A stretch of 63,529 nt of DNA, filler included, from Vannella sp. (Eukaryota): NCBI GenBank assembly GCA_023345925.1. It is 8 parts of 8 records of this genome, joined end to end, with 100 filler letters (N's around TTAATTAATTAA, not from the genome) between each part and the next. Parts side by side here need not be neighbours in the genome. Positions count along the whole stretch, not along the records: positions 28,891 to 37,733 come from JAJQQN010000206.1; positions 37,834 to 51,201 come from JAJQQN010000207.1; 6 more parts are not named here. One strand, given 5' to 3'. Positions 31,719-43,332 of the stretch are shown piece after piece. Position 1 is the stretch's first letter. Each line of letters opens with the position of its first letter. The notes under the pieces were generated by a model that saw only the letters and a list, made by a program, of their open reading frames with translations, ran no database searches and was not told the origin of the DNA. A program made the translations under genes and the position numbers.

Positions 31719-32996
31719 ATGGAAAGGACTGGTCTTCCCGTATCTATTGTAGGTGGAAGCTTGCAGCCAAGGGAGGAGACTGAGATGGAGAAGTGCCTGC
31801 GGGGTGTGGGAGGGACAGGAGCAAAGAGTTCGCTTGTTCAACGCTTTCTAAGCGATACCTTCCACGCTAGCTATGATCCAACCATCCGTTCGTTACAGAA
31901 CCTTCAAATGAGACGAAGCTACTCACACAGCTCGCCAGAGGACGTCTATCAGAGGGTGGTTCGAGAAAGAGGAGTGTCTTTCGCCCTTCACATCACAGAC
32001 ACTGCTGGGCAGGAAGAATACGCCTCCATACGTCATCAGTGGATCTCTGAAAATGAAGCATTCATTGTTGGGTACGCTATCAACAACTACAGCTCCTTTG
32101 AGAGGCTCGGTGAGCTGCCTTCCTCTCCCTTTGCTCTGTACTCACCTCTATGAAGAGAACGAACTCCGTCACATATGCAAAGCCAAGAACTGTACCTTGG
32201 AAGAGGTGAAACACTGCATTCCCCTGATCTTTGTGGGGAACAAGAGCGACCTGGAACACGAACGAGGGGTTAGCGTTCTCCAATCGCAGCAGTTTGCCAG
32301 GAAAGTGGGTGTACCATTGATAGAGACATCAGCAAAGACCAGTAGTAACGTCAACTTGTGCTTTCCGACTCTCATTCAAGAATGGGCAAGGAAGATTGGA
32401 GCCTTCCGCACCCTCAGAGAGCTGCCCATATGGCCTGATCTCATTGAAAGTGATACAGCAACAGTTAGAAGCATATCCCAGCTGCAGGGGATCCCTCGCG
32501 ATGTGCTACGGGAGCTTCTTCTCTTTTGTGTGAGCCACGGCTACTGCCAAAGTACCGAGTGGATCCTTGAAGAGTACGTCTTCAGTCCTGCGGATTGCCT
32601 GATTCGGGGAACCTCCTTCATCACTGAAGCACTTCATCAAGGCGATCAAGCAATCATTGACTTGCTCCAACGCCATCACCTGGATTCATTCAGTGCAGGG
32701 GAAAATACCTTTGCTTTATGGTTACTCCCTAAAGCACTTAGAACAACACCAAGGCCCCTTCGCCTTGCTGCCTTAGGTAAGTCACTTGGATGAAGTGTAT
32801 TCGATGGATAGTGTCTCACTGCTGCTTTATTGTCTCCGGAGCAGAATTGATTAAGATTCACCAACTAAGGAGATCCTCCCTTCTTGCATTGCTCCCTCTT
32901 GAAATACTCCATCTGATTTTGGTCCTTCTTGTCCAGTCGCCCAAACCCTGGGACAGAAAGAGAAAGAAGAAACTGCGCGTTTGCCGGCTTCAATAG
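31719..32996 (+). CDS. Ras-like small GTPase fused to ankyrin-like and F-box-like segments, with polybasic CaaX end; multi-exon
   Basis: YDPTI, DTAGQEEY, VGNKSDLE, ETSAK; C-terminus LPLEILHLIL...RKRKKKLRVCRLQ. Confidence 0.75.
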
Positions 32997-33202
32997 ATCT
33001 CTTCATACATTCAGACCATGTTGGTAGACAGTGACTCTTCAGAGGTGTCTTAATCAGCTGTTCAAAGCTGGGCATCGAGGAGCCTTTCGAAATTTCAAAA
33101 GAATGTTCCACCCAAAACGCCTCTTTGGGGTTTTTCAAGTTTCTACCGTGGAAAATGTGATTTTTCTTGCGTATTGTTTTGCAGTATTATTCACATCTGT
33201 TG

Positions 33203-34111
33203 ATGTTGAGCACGAGCGCTGTTGTCGGGTCTGTGGTTGGGCTTGGTACTCTCGGTGCTGCTGCTGTGGCTCGTGGGGTTTATCGCCAACGTATTAAGAA
33301 CAATCAATCACTTGGCTCGAAGGAGCTCCATGCCAAGTATGAAGCGCAGATCGCTCCTTTGCTTTCCTCAGAAGAAAAGTTGCGCTCCCTTCCTTTGACT
33401 CTCTTCCAGTACACAACTTGCCCGTACTGCAGCAAGCTCAAGTGCTTCCTTGACTACCATCAAGTACCCTATGCAACTGTGGAGGTCAACCCATTGAACA
33501 AAAAGCAACTGGCGATCTCGGAGTACAAGAAGGTTCCACAACTGCAACTTGGCCAAGACGGACCGTTCATTGCCGACTCTGTGGAGATCGTAGATATGAT
33601 GAAACCTCTCCTCGACCCTAAGAACCCCGCACGCACTCCTGAAGAGAAGGAATGGACTGATTGGACCAAGAACTTGTTGGGAATGCTCGTCCTTAACACC
33701 AACCGCAACAGCCAAGAGGCCAAAGACAACTTCCGTTATGTGAAAGACACCTCTTTCTCAAACTGGGACAAGCTACTGCTCTCTAACCTACTCCCAGTGA
33801 CCATGTATGGCATCACACGCAAGGTGATCAAGCCCAGACTCATCAAAGAAGGTGTCTACGATCCTCAAGTGGGAGAACGGGAGGCTCTCTACCGTGTAGT
33901 GAACCATTGGATAGAGAAAGGTGTTGGATCCAAGCCCCTTCACGGCGGGGACAACCCCAGCACAGCGGACATGGAGGTTTTCGGCATTTTACGAACTCAG
34001 TCACCCTTTCCTGTCTTCACAGACATCCAAACTAACGTAACCCAACCCAAGTTCGATCAGTGGTACAAGTTGATGGAAAAATCCATTCCCCAACCCGCCT
34101 CCAAGCAATAA
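33203..34111 (+). CDS. PTGES2: Prostaglandin E synthase 2-like glutaredoxin/GST protein
   Basis: LFQYTTCPYCSKLKCFLDY, VEVNP, YKKVP, HGGDNPSTADMEVFGILR. Confidence 0.88.
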   Translation: MLSTSAVVGSVVGLGTLGAAAVARGVYRQRIKNNQSLGSKELHAKYEAQIAPLLSSEEKLRSLPLTLFQYTTCPYCSKLKCFLDYHQVPYATVEVNPLNKKQLAISEYKKVPQLQLGQDGPFIADSVEIVDMMKPLLDPKNPARTPEEKEWTDWTKNLLGMLVLNTNRNSQEAKDNFRYVKDTSFSNWDKLLLSNLLPVTMYGITRKVIKPRLIKEGVYDPQVGEREALYRVVNHWIEKGVGSKPLHGGDNPSTADMEVFGILRTQSPFPVFTDIQTNVTQPKFDQWYKLMEKSIPQPASKQ

Positions 34112-34225
34112 AGAACTTTAACACTTGAAAATGGTTGTATTAATTAATTGTAACTGTAAGATTAGTTTTTGGGGTGGCAAATAGGAAGGAATTTTCCATT
34201 GAGTTCTCATTCTTTTCTTCCCTTG

Positions 34226-35149
34226 ATGATGAACAGATCCATCCTTCTCCTTCTCGCCCTCCTTGTTTCCTTCTGTTTATCGCAGAATGTTACCGAAACT
34301 GCAACGCCCTCTATGACTACCAGCGCCACAACTTCTGAAACACCCAGCGGTGCTCCAGCCCCTGCCGCAATCTCTCAATCTGCTACCCCCTCTGAGACTC
34401 CTTCAACCTCTGCATCTGTGTCCCCATCAGAGACGATCTCTGTCCCCCTTTCGGTTTCCCAATCGAACGCCACTAGCTCTGTAACCACTTCTGCAACCCC
34501 ATCAGCGACGATCTCTGTCCCTCTTTTGGTTTCCCAATCGAATACCACTACTCCCAGTAGCTCTGTAACCACTTCTGCAACCCCATCAGCAACGATCTCT
34601 GTTTTGGTTGCCCCTGTTGCGAACACCACTACTCCAAGCAACTCTGTGACTCCCACTATCTCTCTCACCGCTTCTACCTCTCCTAGCAACTCCGTGACTG
34701 CATCTGGATCTGCCTCAGCCACTGTATCTTCCTCTGGATCCGCCTCCATGACGATGACACCCACAGCCTCTGTTACCCAAGGTTTGACTCCCACTGCCAC
34801 CCCTTCGGTCTCTCCCACAATTTCTATCACACGCAGTGCCTCGAAGTCTCCATCTAAGACTGCGTCGGCTACCACCAGCTCCTCTGCCTCGCTCACACCT
34901 GGATTGGTCCGCAGTCCATCGAACTCCAACTCTGCTGTTCCAACCCGTACTCCCTCCGTGACTACAACTGTTACGACCACTGTCCCCACGACTCCATCTG
35001 ATCAGGGATTGGAAGGATACGAGTGGTTCTTGATCGTACTCGCCATCCTCATTGTCCTTCTGGTAATCGTGGCCATCATCCTCTTCATCTACAAGAAGTA
35101 CCAAGCCAAGCGCCTATCTGATAGCTACTACGTTGATGCAGAGATCTAA
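34226..35149 (+). CDS. Mucin-like Ser/Thr-rich type I membrane protein
   Basis: Signal peptide, S/T/P repeats (SSVTTSATPSATISV duplicated), single TM helix, short Tyr-containing tail. Confidence 0.85.
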   Translation: MMNRSILLLLALLVSFCLSQNVTETATPSMTTSATTSETPSGAPAPAAISQSATPSETPSTSASVSPSETISVPLSVSQSNATSSVTTSATPSATISVPLLVSQSNTTTPSSSVTTSATPSATISVLVAPVANTTTPSNSVTPTISLTASTSPSNSVTASGSASATVSSSGSASMTMTPTASVTQGLTPTATPSVSPTISITRSASKSPSKTASATTSSSASLTPGLVRSPSNSNSAVPTRTPSVTTTVTTTVPTTPSDQGLEGYEWFLIVLAILIVLLVIVAIILFIYKKYQAKRLSDSYYVDAEI

Positions 35150-35253
35150 TTCTCTCCTTAGCGAACGCCCTCTCCAAGTCCCACTCGCCAAGTTTGGCCA
35201 GTAAAGACCCTTCTCCCTTCACTCCTAGTAACTGGCGAAAGGGCTTCTATTCC

Positions 35254-36356
35254 TCAGGGAGGTGCTTGGTCCAAGATGGGGCCCAACTCTGAAGGGAAGG
35301 TAAGAGGAGGGAAGGGGTAGTGAAGGTCAACGCACCTGATCGCTGTCTTTTCGTCAGAGAAGCGGGGAAGCGGACATGAATGGTAACACGGAGGGTACCT
35401 CGATGACCTGGTTGATCTAGAACCGGCATTCCTTGCCCTGGGAGTTCGATAACATGACCTTTCCCCACCAGTCAATCAGTCCGCCCACTCCAGATCACCA
35501 GCACCTTACCATGGGGTGTGATGTCTGATCTACTGACTTCCAGAAGCTCTCTGGATAGATGATTGACCTGCTTCCGGAACCCAACAAGGGACTCGAGAAG
35601 GGAGATCTCTAAAATGGTCTCCAGGTCGTGATCTTGCGTGCGCTTGTACGTAGGATGCTTCTTCTCGAAGAGAAACACAAAGAGATCGCCTGTAGTAGCT
35701 CCAGGATGCTCATTCGACTTGCCCTCGAGGAGAACGTAGCCTCCAGAGGGAATGCCGATTGGGATCGTCACTTGAAGCTCTTCTCTGGCTTGGACAGTTC
35801 CTTGAGCACGGCAAACTTTACAGCGATCATGCTCGTGGATGTGTACGCCAGCACCTTGACAAGAGGAGCACTGAATACGCTGTTGGTACGTCATCCCACC
35901 CATCCTTTGGGTACGAATCAGCACGCCACGGCCCTCACACTGTGGACAAGGGCGTGGCTCAACGTCTGGGTTGAGTCCCCGCCCGTGACAGTGCTTGCAA
36001 AGCGTGGTACGGAGGTGTTGGAAGCGGACGGAGGAACCAAAGTAGAAGTCCTCCAAAGACACTTCAAGTCTGATCTGCATGTCAGACGTTCTAGGCGAGC
36101 CATCCTTTGGAGAGGGTGTTAGGGCAGTGGATGAAGCCAAGTAGATCACCACGGAGGGGACCACGAAGATGACCAACACGCTGAGCAGAAGGACTACCAC
36201 AAGAGAGCAGCAGTGATCACCACCTGTCAATGACTCAGGACCCCCTTTTCTTTCATCTTTCTTCTCCTCCTCTGGCTTCAAGGCCACAGGCTTCCCCTTC
36301 GACACCAAAACCGCACAACGCGGCATCTTTGATGAATATAAATGCTTCCCTTTCAT
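35254..36356 (-). CDS. DnaJ class A-like protein (zinc finger plus C-terminal domains) with a TM segment and no visible J-domain; 5' structure uncertain
   Basis: LEVSLEDFYFG, four CxxCxGxG-type repeats, ISLLESLVGF, GQGMP. Confidence 0.75.
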
Positions 36357-36614
36357 TCCTCTTTGATAACCATGTTCCGCAATGCTGTTTATTCCGCCTT
36401 CACGGGCGGAGGGCGCATTCCTTGCGTTCTTGGGAACTGCTGATCGATAACCAGCATCGGGTTCTCCTGTGTTGGATGACCTCCATCTCCTCTGACTTCT
36501 TTCGTTCCGACTCTACTAGGAGTACAAGCGCCCGGCTGCAACTTCTCTCCAGATCTGAAGGGGCGTCCGAAAAAGTCTTTTTGTATGAATTCACTTTTCT
36601 GGACGGGAGGGACT

Positions 36615-37568
36615 CTACTTGGGGCACTGATAGTTGATAGGAGTGGCAGGACAGTATCGACCAACTGGGCCAGCACCACCAGGGCACTTAATGTTGCTCC
36701 ATTGGCTGTTAAAGTAAATGTGCATGGTCCCCCAGCTCTTGACTCCGGGCCATTGGCAAGTTCCATCGTTACAGAAGTTCTGGCACATGTTAGAAGGACT
36801 GAGAGCAGGCATCTCCCAATCTCCAGGACCGTTCAGAAGATGGTTAGATCCAGGCTGATCCAAAGGAGTGGTGAAGAAGATGGCACTGAGAGTGCCGTTG
36901 ATGTTGTTAGGCCAGTACATTGGTACGACAGGGAGGAGATTCTGGGATTGGAAACTCAACACGGGGGCCGTAGCCACATCGTAGAACCAATGTTGTCCCA
37001 TTGTTCTCATGCATGAGCCAGCCGTCCACTTCTGACAGGACGCTGCTTGAGCAGTCAATGGGATACTCTGGCTCAGGGTCCCTTGATTGATGACAACGCG
37101 GTCTCCAATGACCTCTGGAGAGGTATCACCGCTGCACATGATCGAAGAGTTTCGGAAGCTGAGGCTGAGAGTGAATTCTGGCTCACGGCCGGGAACGGGA
37201 ATCCAGTAGCCCTTTTGAATAAGAGTAGCAGGTGCAGCAGCCGATCCGTATACATTAACAGCTACACCAGACAGTTGCCCGCCAGCGGTGAAGTACAAAG
37301 TCAAGGGGGAGTTCTTCTGGGGAGAAGGAAAATCGGATTGAGAAGACTTCAGAGCATAACGGAAACCACGTTCTTGTTCGCAAGCAGGAGACATTCTTTG
37401 CCACTTTTGCTTCTCCGCCTCCCGAGCAGTAAAAGGAAGAGAGGAGATGAGCGCAGCGAGGTTAAAAGTCCTCCATAAGCCATTTCCAATACCCGGAGAA
37501 CTTGCCTCAATGGACGAATGAACGAACGAGCAAAAGACCAAAGCAACGCAAACCGTAACAAGCTTCAT
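36615..37568 (-). CDS. Secreted Cys-containing protein of unknown function
   Basis: Signal peptide MKLVTVCVALVFCS; motifs LYFTAGGQLSG, CMRTMGQHWFY, WGTMHIYF. Confidence 0.75.
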   Translation of the reverse strand: MKLVTVCVALVFCSFVHSSIEASSPGIGNGLWRTFNLAALISSLPFTAREAEKQKWQRMSPACEQERGFRYALKSSQSDFPSPQKNSPLTLYFTAGGQLSGVAVNVYGSAAAPATLIQKGYWIPVPGREPEFTLSLSFRNSSIMCSGDTSPEVIGDRVVINQGTLSQSIPLTAQAASCQKWTAGSCMRTMGQHWFYDVATAPVLSFQSQNLLPVVPMYWPNNINGTLSAIFFTTPLDQPGSNHLLNGPGDWEMPALSPSNMCQNFCNDGTCQWPGVKSWGTMHIYFNSQWSNIKCPGGAGPVGRYCPATPINYQCPK

Positions 37569-37847
37569 GAGTGGAGAAAGAAATGAACCTTCAAGGTCCA
37601 CTTGCATCAGATCCCCATGCCTCGACTCTTTCATTTCATGGAGGAAGTGGACTCTCCAACTCTCTGCCCGCGTCGGTGGCTTCGAGAGGAACTGGCAAAG
37701 GAGGAAGGCGAGTTAGAAGAGCTTATCAAACTCNNNNNNNNNNNNNNNNNNNNNNNNNNNNNNNNNNNNNNNNNNNNTTAATTAATTAANNNNNNNNNNN
37801 NNNNNNNNNNNNNNNNNNNNNNNNNNNNNNNNNGAAGATCCCAAAAA

Positions 37848-38132
37848 AGAAGTGCGCGTACCAGGTCATTATTTCTTACGCCTGTGTGTATCGACGTGCC
37901 CCTCCCTTTGTGGCGATGGGGCGTACCCTTGCTGTCTCAAAGCGCCATCGCCTGAGACGAGAGGGCTCTGTGTTGGAGGGAACTTCCGCCTTCCAGGTTT
38001 GTTTGGTATGAACGGTCATTTTTTCCTACGCCCGTATGTTTCGACGCACCTGCACGTTTTGTGTTTCCTACCCGTCGCAGGTGCGCCGAAACATACGGGC
38101 GTAGGAAAAAATGACCTGACACGAGCACTTCT
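37848..38132. mobile_element. MITE/fold-back-like element with ~50-bp imperfect terminal inverted repeats and an internal 40-bp hairpin
   Basis: 37848-37898 is inverted relative to 38080-38132; 38014-38053 pairs with 38077-38116 at 39/40 positions. Confidence 0.6.
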
Positions 38133-38756
38133 GCTTCACGTTGGATCTTTGCGCAGTGTCCCAGAGTACGACCACCTGAAGCCAGATCTAAAGTATTCTA
38201 TTCCAAACGCCCGATCCTGGTCAACAACAACAACCAGAACGATCTTGCAAGGTCTATTGCCGAAGAAATGGAGAGTATTGCTCAACGTGTGGAGTACCAC
38301 AAAGGTTGGGGAGCTTTCTATCTTACTGACCACATGTGCTAACTCAAACACCTCGATAGCTTCTTTGAAGACACTTTGAGCTGCTTACGTGCTTCGCGAT
38401 TCATTGGAAGGGAAGATCAGATACCCGTCAATGAGGTGACGCAGTTTCAATAGCGGTTACACTTCGCCTCATTGGAGGGGAATCTCGTCTTCCCTTCCAA
38501 TGACTCACACAGCGCATTGGACGCAGAAAGTTGAAAACCTAAAAAGATATAAAAATCCGATTCCACCCACTCAACTCCGATTTGGGGCCTTTTCGAAGGT
38601 CCTGGTTGCAGGCTGGGCCCAGTCCTTGTCTGCCCTTTGCCATGGAGGTAATGAGCCTGAGATGAACATGAACTAGGCCAGATCGGGTGGGTGTTCATCG
38701 TCCACCCCCTCCCAAACAGCCGATTTCGAACATTATCTGAGACCGAGCACTCACAT

Positions 38757-39183
38757 GAGCGCGAACACGAACCCCCAACCAGAACCAGCGACTAAGGAAG
38801 CCAAGGGGCGCAAGCACGCAGGACCGAAGACTAGGAAGCTGAAAGCGTGGATGAGGAGAGTAACTGCAGCGAGGGAAGGTGCAGAACTCAAGTGCAGGAT
38901 GAGGTCGTGCGCCTGCTTGGTGCCCTGCTATACGTGCTGCTGTGTTAACATCAAAACATCGTTGTTGGCCTTCATCATTGAGCCCATCATCATCCCCATC
39001 GTCATCATAGCCTGCTGGATCACGTGTGTAGCCCGTTTTTGCTGCTGGCCGTGTGGCCAAGACCTCGTCTACTCCTGCATGGAGGTCTTTGAGGTGATGG
39101 ACCAATGCATTGGCGTCTACTGGGAAGTCACCTTTTGGCGCTCACACGAACGTGAACGGAACGGGCTTGTCGAGGAGGTTTGA
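38757..39183 (+). CDS. Small Cys-rich membrane protein
   Basis: CACLVPCYTCCC, hydrophobic FIIEPIIIPIVIIACW, FCCWPC. Confidence 0.6.
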
Positions 39184-39485
39184 TCAAGTCCAAGTAAATG
39201 GGATGTGCGGATCTCCCTCTCTGGTGCCAACATGATCAGCCCATTAGAGAGAACCGACTTTCATCGTTTTAAGATGAAGTCGCTTCACATGCAGAGCGCG
39301 TTCACCCTTCATTTGCCCGCAGACTTCGCTTCATTGAACATCATTTCCCTTTCCCTTTGCTCCTTCCGACATTGCTTGCACTCGCACAATCCTTGATCAC
39401 TCCCCCTGAACAAGCTTCGAAAGAGTGAGAGGAGAAGAATGCATTGATTGGGATTGGTGTGCTTGGACCCATTCATCCATGAAGC

Positions 39486-41522
39486 TTAGGCCGAGTCAGC
39501 AGCAACCTCGGGAAGAGAGTCGTCCTTAGGGAAGACGGGCTCTCTTGTGTTGTCCACGGCATCGCGGAGGACCTCCACGAGCTTCTCCACCTTCATCATG
39601 CCCAACACAGCGTTGTCACGCGTTCTGATATTGACGGTGTGGTTCTCCTCCTCGGCCCCACCGACCACAAGCACGTAGTTGTAGAAGCCGTCCAAGCGGA
39701 TGTTCATCATCTTCTTCTTGAGGAGTTTGTCACTCAAATCCACCTCCACATTGAAGCCTGCAGCGAACAGCTCGTCACGAACACGAACAGCATAGTCACT
39801 GCACTTGAGAGACACTGGAATGACACACAGCTGACGTGGGTTCAGCCAGAACGGCCACTCACCCGCCGTATGCTCGATCAGAATGGCAATGAAGCGTTCC
39901 AATGAGCCGTAGATAGCGCGGTGGATCATGACAGGGCGAGGCGTCTCCTCCTCCGCCTGGTAACTCAAGTTGAAGCGCTCTGGCAGGTTAAAGTCCAATT
40001 GAATGGTGGCGCATTGGTGGCTGCGTCGCATCGCATCGGTGATGTGGATGTCGATCTTGGGGCCGTAGAAGGCGCCATCTCCGGGATTGAGCTTCCACTC
40101 GTGACCACAACCCTCCAAGATGCTCTCCAACTCCTTCTCAGCCTGATTCCACACCTCAATCTCGCCGATGAACTTCTCAGGGCGCGTGGAAAGCTCCATC
40201 TTGAAGGTGAAGCCGAAGATGCCGTACACATGGTTCATAAACTCGATGGCGTTGAGGATCTCTCCGCGTACTTGATCGCGCGTGCAGAAGATGTGAGCGT
40301 CGTCCTGTTGGAAACGACGTACGCGAGTCAACCCCGTCAATGCACCGGACAGTTCGTTACGGTGAAGAACACCAAAGTCAGCAAAGCGGATGGGGAGCTC
40401 ACGGTAGGAGCGCACGCGATGCCCGAACATGATGCAGTGTCCTGGGCAGTTCATGGGCTTGAGAGCGAAGGGCTGACCTTCTACTTCGAAGGAGAACATG
40501 TTCTCTGAGTAGTTCTGCCAGTGGCCAGAGGTCTTCCACAACTCAACGTTGTAGATGTTCGGGGACACAACTTCCTCGAACCCACGGGCACGGTACTCCT
40601 TACGGAGGAACTCCTGGAGCTTGTTGTAGATGCGTGCACCATAAGGCAACATGAAAGCACAGCCAGGCGTGAGAGGGTTCATGAAGAACAGCTCCTGCTT
40701 AGCGCCGATCTTACGATGGTCGCGGCGCTCCGCCTCCTCGCGGTCCTTCTGCCATTGCTGTAACAGCTTCTTGTCAGGGAAGGCGATACCGTACACTCGC
40801 TGGAGGGATTCATTCTCTGCCTTGCCCATCCAGTAGGCACTGGAGTTCTTGAGGATCTCGAAGGCCTTCACGCGGCCAGTGTGGGGGATGTGAGGTCCAC
40901 GACACAGATCAATCAACTTGCCACACCGGTACGCCGTGATCGTATCGCCATCAGGGACCTTCTTCGTGATGATCTCGATCTTGAACTTGTTGTAAGCAAA
41001 CACCTGCTGGGCCTCTTCCTTGGTCAACTCCAGTCTCTCAAAGGTTTGTTTCTCCTTGATGACGTTGTTAACGAACTTCTTGAGGTCAGGATAGTCCTCC
41101 TGAGAGACTCCTCGGTCACCCATGGCCATGTCGTAGTAGAAGCCTCCTTCCTCCAGCGGAGGACCAACACAGAGCTGTCCCTGGTACTTTTCCTCGAGAG
41201 CTTGTCCAAGGATATGGGCACTGGAGTGCCAGAAGACGTTCTGGCCCTCAGGGGAGTCAAAGCGGAAGAACTCGATGGTGCAGTCTTCCTCCAGAACTCG
41301 AGGAAGGTCCCACAGCTTTCCATTCACCTTGGCCACCACTACTGCTTGCGCCAGCGAGTTAGAAATGCGCTTGGCGATATCAGCTGAAGTATCCTTTCCA
41401 GCCACAGCCTCGAGCACCTTCCCATCAGGCAAGGTCACCTTGATGGGCTTCTCCTCCAACTGCACCGCCTTTGCAGCACGCAGCTCGTCCCAGATCTTCA
41501 GCCGATCTTCAATGTAGCTCAT
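39486..41522 (-). CDS. TARS: Cytosolic threonyl-tRNA synthetase
   Basis: TGS domain, FWHSSAHILG, DLCRGPH, KPMNCPGHC, RVRRFQQDDAH, HRAIYGSLERF; intronless. Confidence 0.97.
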   Translation of the reverse strand: MSYIEDRLKIWDELRAAKAVQLEEKPIKVTLPDGKVLEAVAGKDTSADIAKRISNSLAQAVVVAKVNGKLWDLPRVLEEDCTIEFFRFDSPEGQNVFWHSSAHILGQALEEKYQGQLCVGPPLEEGGFYYDMAMGDRGVSQEDYPDLKKFVNNVIKEKQTFERLELTKEEAQQVFAYNKFKIEIITKKVPDGDTITAYRCGKLIDLCRGPHIPHTGRVKAFEILKNSSAYWMGKAENESLQRVYGIAFPDKKLLQQWQKDREEAERRDHRKIGAKQELFFMNPLTPGCAFMLPYGARIYNKLQEFLRKEYRARGFEEVVSPNIYNVELWKTSGHWQNYSENMFSFEVEGQPFALKPMNCPGHCIMFGHRVRSYRELPIRFADFGVLHRNELSGALTGLTRVRRFQQDDAHIFCTRDQVRGEILNAIEFMNHVYGIFGFTFKMELSTRPEKFIGEIEVWNQAEKELESILEGCGHEWKLNPGDGAFYGPKIDIHITDAMRRSHQCATIQLDFNLPERFNLSYQAEEETPRPVMIHRAIYGSLERFIAILIEHTAGEWPFWLNPRQLCVIPVSLKCSDYAVRVRDELFAAGFNVEVDLSDKLLKKKMMNIRLDGFYNYVLVVGGAEEENHTVNIRTRDNAVLGMMKVEKLVEVLRDAVDNTREPVFPKDDSLPEVAADSA

Positions 41523-41658
41523 CCTCAAGCGCAGAGCAAAAGGCAACTAGAAAGTGAAGAGGAAGCAGAAACGCGAGAGACTTGTCGGCCGATATCCCAT
41601 AATATTCCTAAAATGAATGGACCAATCAGCGGTGAATGTGGGTGGCACTTCTCGTTCG

Positions 41659-43280
41659 ATGGGCCTTTGGGTGGCGTTCTTCCTGTTCACTGCGTTGGTG
41701 ATGGGTATGTCCAGTTCAGGAGGGAGTTGCTGATATCTGTTGTGTAGGTGTGCCGTTGGCGTACAGGCCGATTGGCAGCTTTGTTGTGACGAACCCGAGC
41801 TTTCTCAACCTTGGCTACTTCTCTCAGGATGATTTTCAAGCACACAATGTGTCGCTGATCATCACTAGCTTCTCTGGATCCCCAGTGAAGAAGGATTCCG
41901 TCCATCTGGTGTGAGAACATTCAGCGTCAACACCTCTCCTCTAACAGAACGCGTTAGAGAGGACATTGGAAGCATGCTAGGGTCCATCTCTTCCATCAGC
42001 CCTGCTCTAGTGACGAACAAGATCATCTGGTTTGTAACAAAAGCCCAGAAGCACAAGAACTAACAATCGCCAGGCCCAATGAAGCCACTGCAGTCCCTTT
42101 TGACATCTTTGAACAAGCTGCCATTGGCATGGGAGGCGGCTTCCTACCCCCTGGAAAGACCACAGGAGCCCTGAGTATTGTTCCCCTGAATACCAACCAA
42201 CCCCACAGTATCTCCACTCCCAAAACCGACTGGTTTTACCACGTGGCAGAGTGGTAGGTCTTGGGTAAGGTTCATATGGATTAAGAGACCAACCAGACCA
42301 TACCTAGGTGGGATATGAACGGGGATGGCCTGAAAGATTGCGTGACTGCCAGAGCAACCGACCCGGCTGGAGTGTCTCAAGGAGAACTGGTAATCCTCAC
42401 AGCCCCCGACTATGGTCATCCTCACACTTCTCTCATTAGATTTGGTTCGAGAACCCTGGCTCTAATGCCTTGCAAGTGACTTGGACTGAGCATGTTCTGG
42501 CCTCGGGTCCAGACATTATGATCCACGTACGTCCCATACGACAATTACTTGAATCAGTCAACTGAAAGATGACTTCGTGCAGCTGCTATGGCTGGAAGGA
42601 ACCCCAGAAACTGCGCAGCCGATGATAGTGGCCGCCCAATTCTTTTCCTCTCAATTGACTCTCTGGTGGGTCGAAGGAGAGGACGTATCATGGGCCAATG
42701 GAACTCTCCAAAGCATCCTGATTGACGATACAATGGGCGCTTTCTTCGACACCCAATTCGTGGACCTCAACAACGACGGGAAGAAAGATCTTTTGGTCAC
42801 CAATCACATGCACGGGGCCAATCAAGCCGCCGTCTTTGCTTACACTGTTCCTGAGAACTGGAAAACCGACCCGTGGCCTCGTTACATCATCGCCACCAAG
42901 TAAGTCACCTTTCAGTGACACCGCCAGGACCAGCGAGACTGAGTGAATGCGGGAATAGCATTACAACACTCAAGAAGGGGGCCAATCAGGCCTCGCCGGG
43001 GCGTGCCAAGGCGTTCTATCCGAACACTCAAAGGACAAACCAAAAGCCTCAAATCATTGTTGGCGGTGACGGTGCCGAGATCGCTTTCCTCCTTCATCCC
43101 AACTCGGAAGACGCCAGCGATTGGAGCTACACTCGAGAAGACATAATCAACGTGGGCTGCACGGTCGGACAGGTCGAAGTGGGCGACACTGACGGAGACG
43201 GCTTCGTCGAGTTCTTCGTTCCCGCGTTTGAGGACAACACTGTCTTTGCCTACACTTACAGCCCAGCTCCCTCGGCCTGA
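41659..43280 (+). CDS. Secreted FG-GAP/VCBS-repeat beta-propeller protein, multi-exon
   Basis: Signal peptide MGLWVAFFLFTALVM; DMNGDG, DLNNDGKKDLLV, DTDGDGFVEFFV repeats. Confidence 0.75.
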
Positions 43281-43332
43281 TAAATGAGTGTGTCACGTGA
43301 CATTTCTCCTTCTCCCATTCTTTCCTTCTCCG

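Noticed and set aside
34375..34989. Val/Glu-rich antisense ORF
   Set aside because: Shadow of the Ser/Thr-rich mucin-like gene on the opposite strand
37852..38379. 175-aa ORF with an internal repeat (GHFFLRPYVST)
   Set aside because: The repeat comes from the DNA inverted-repeat element; no ATG start or recognisable domain
39639..41517. Multiple long antisense ORFs over ThrRS
   Set aside because: Expected by-product of strong codon bias in a highly expressed gene
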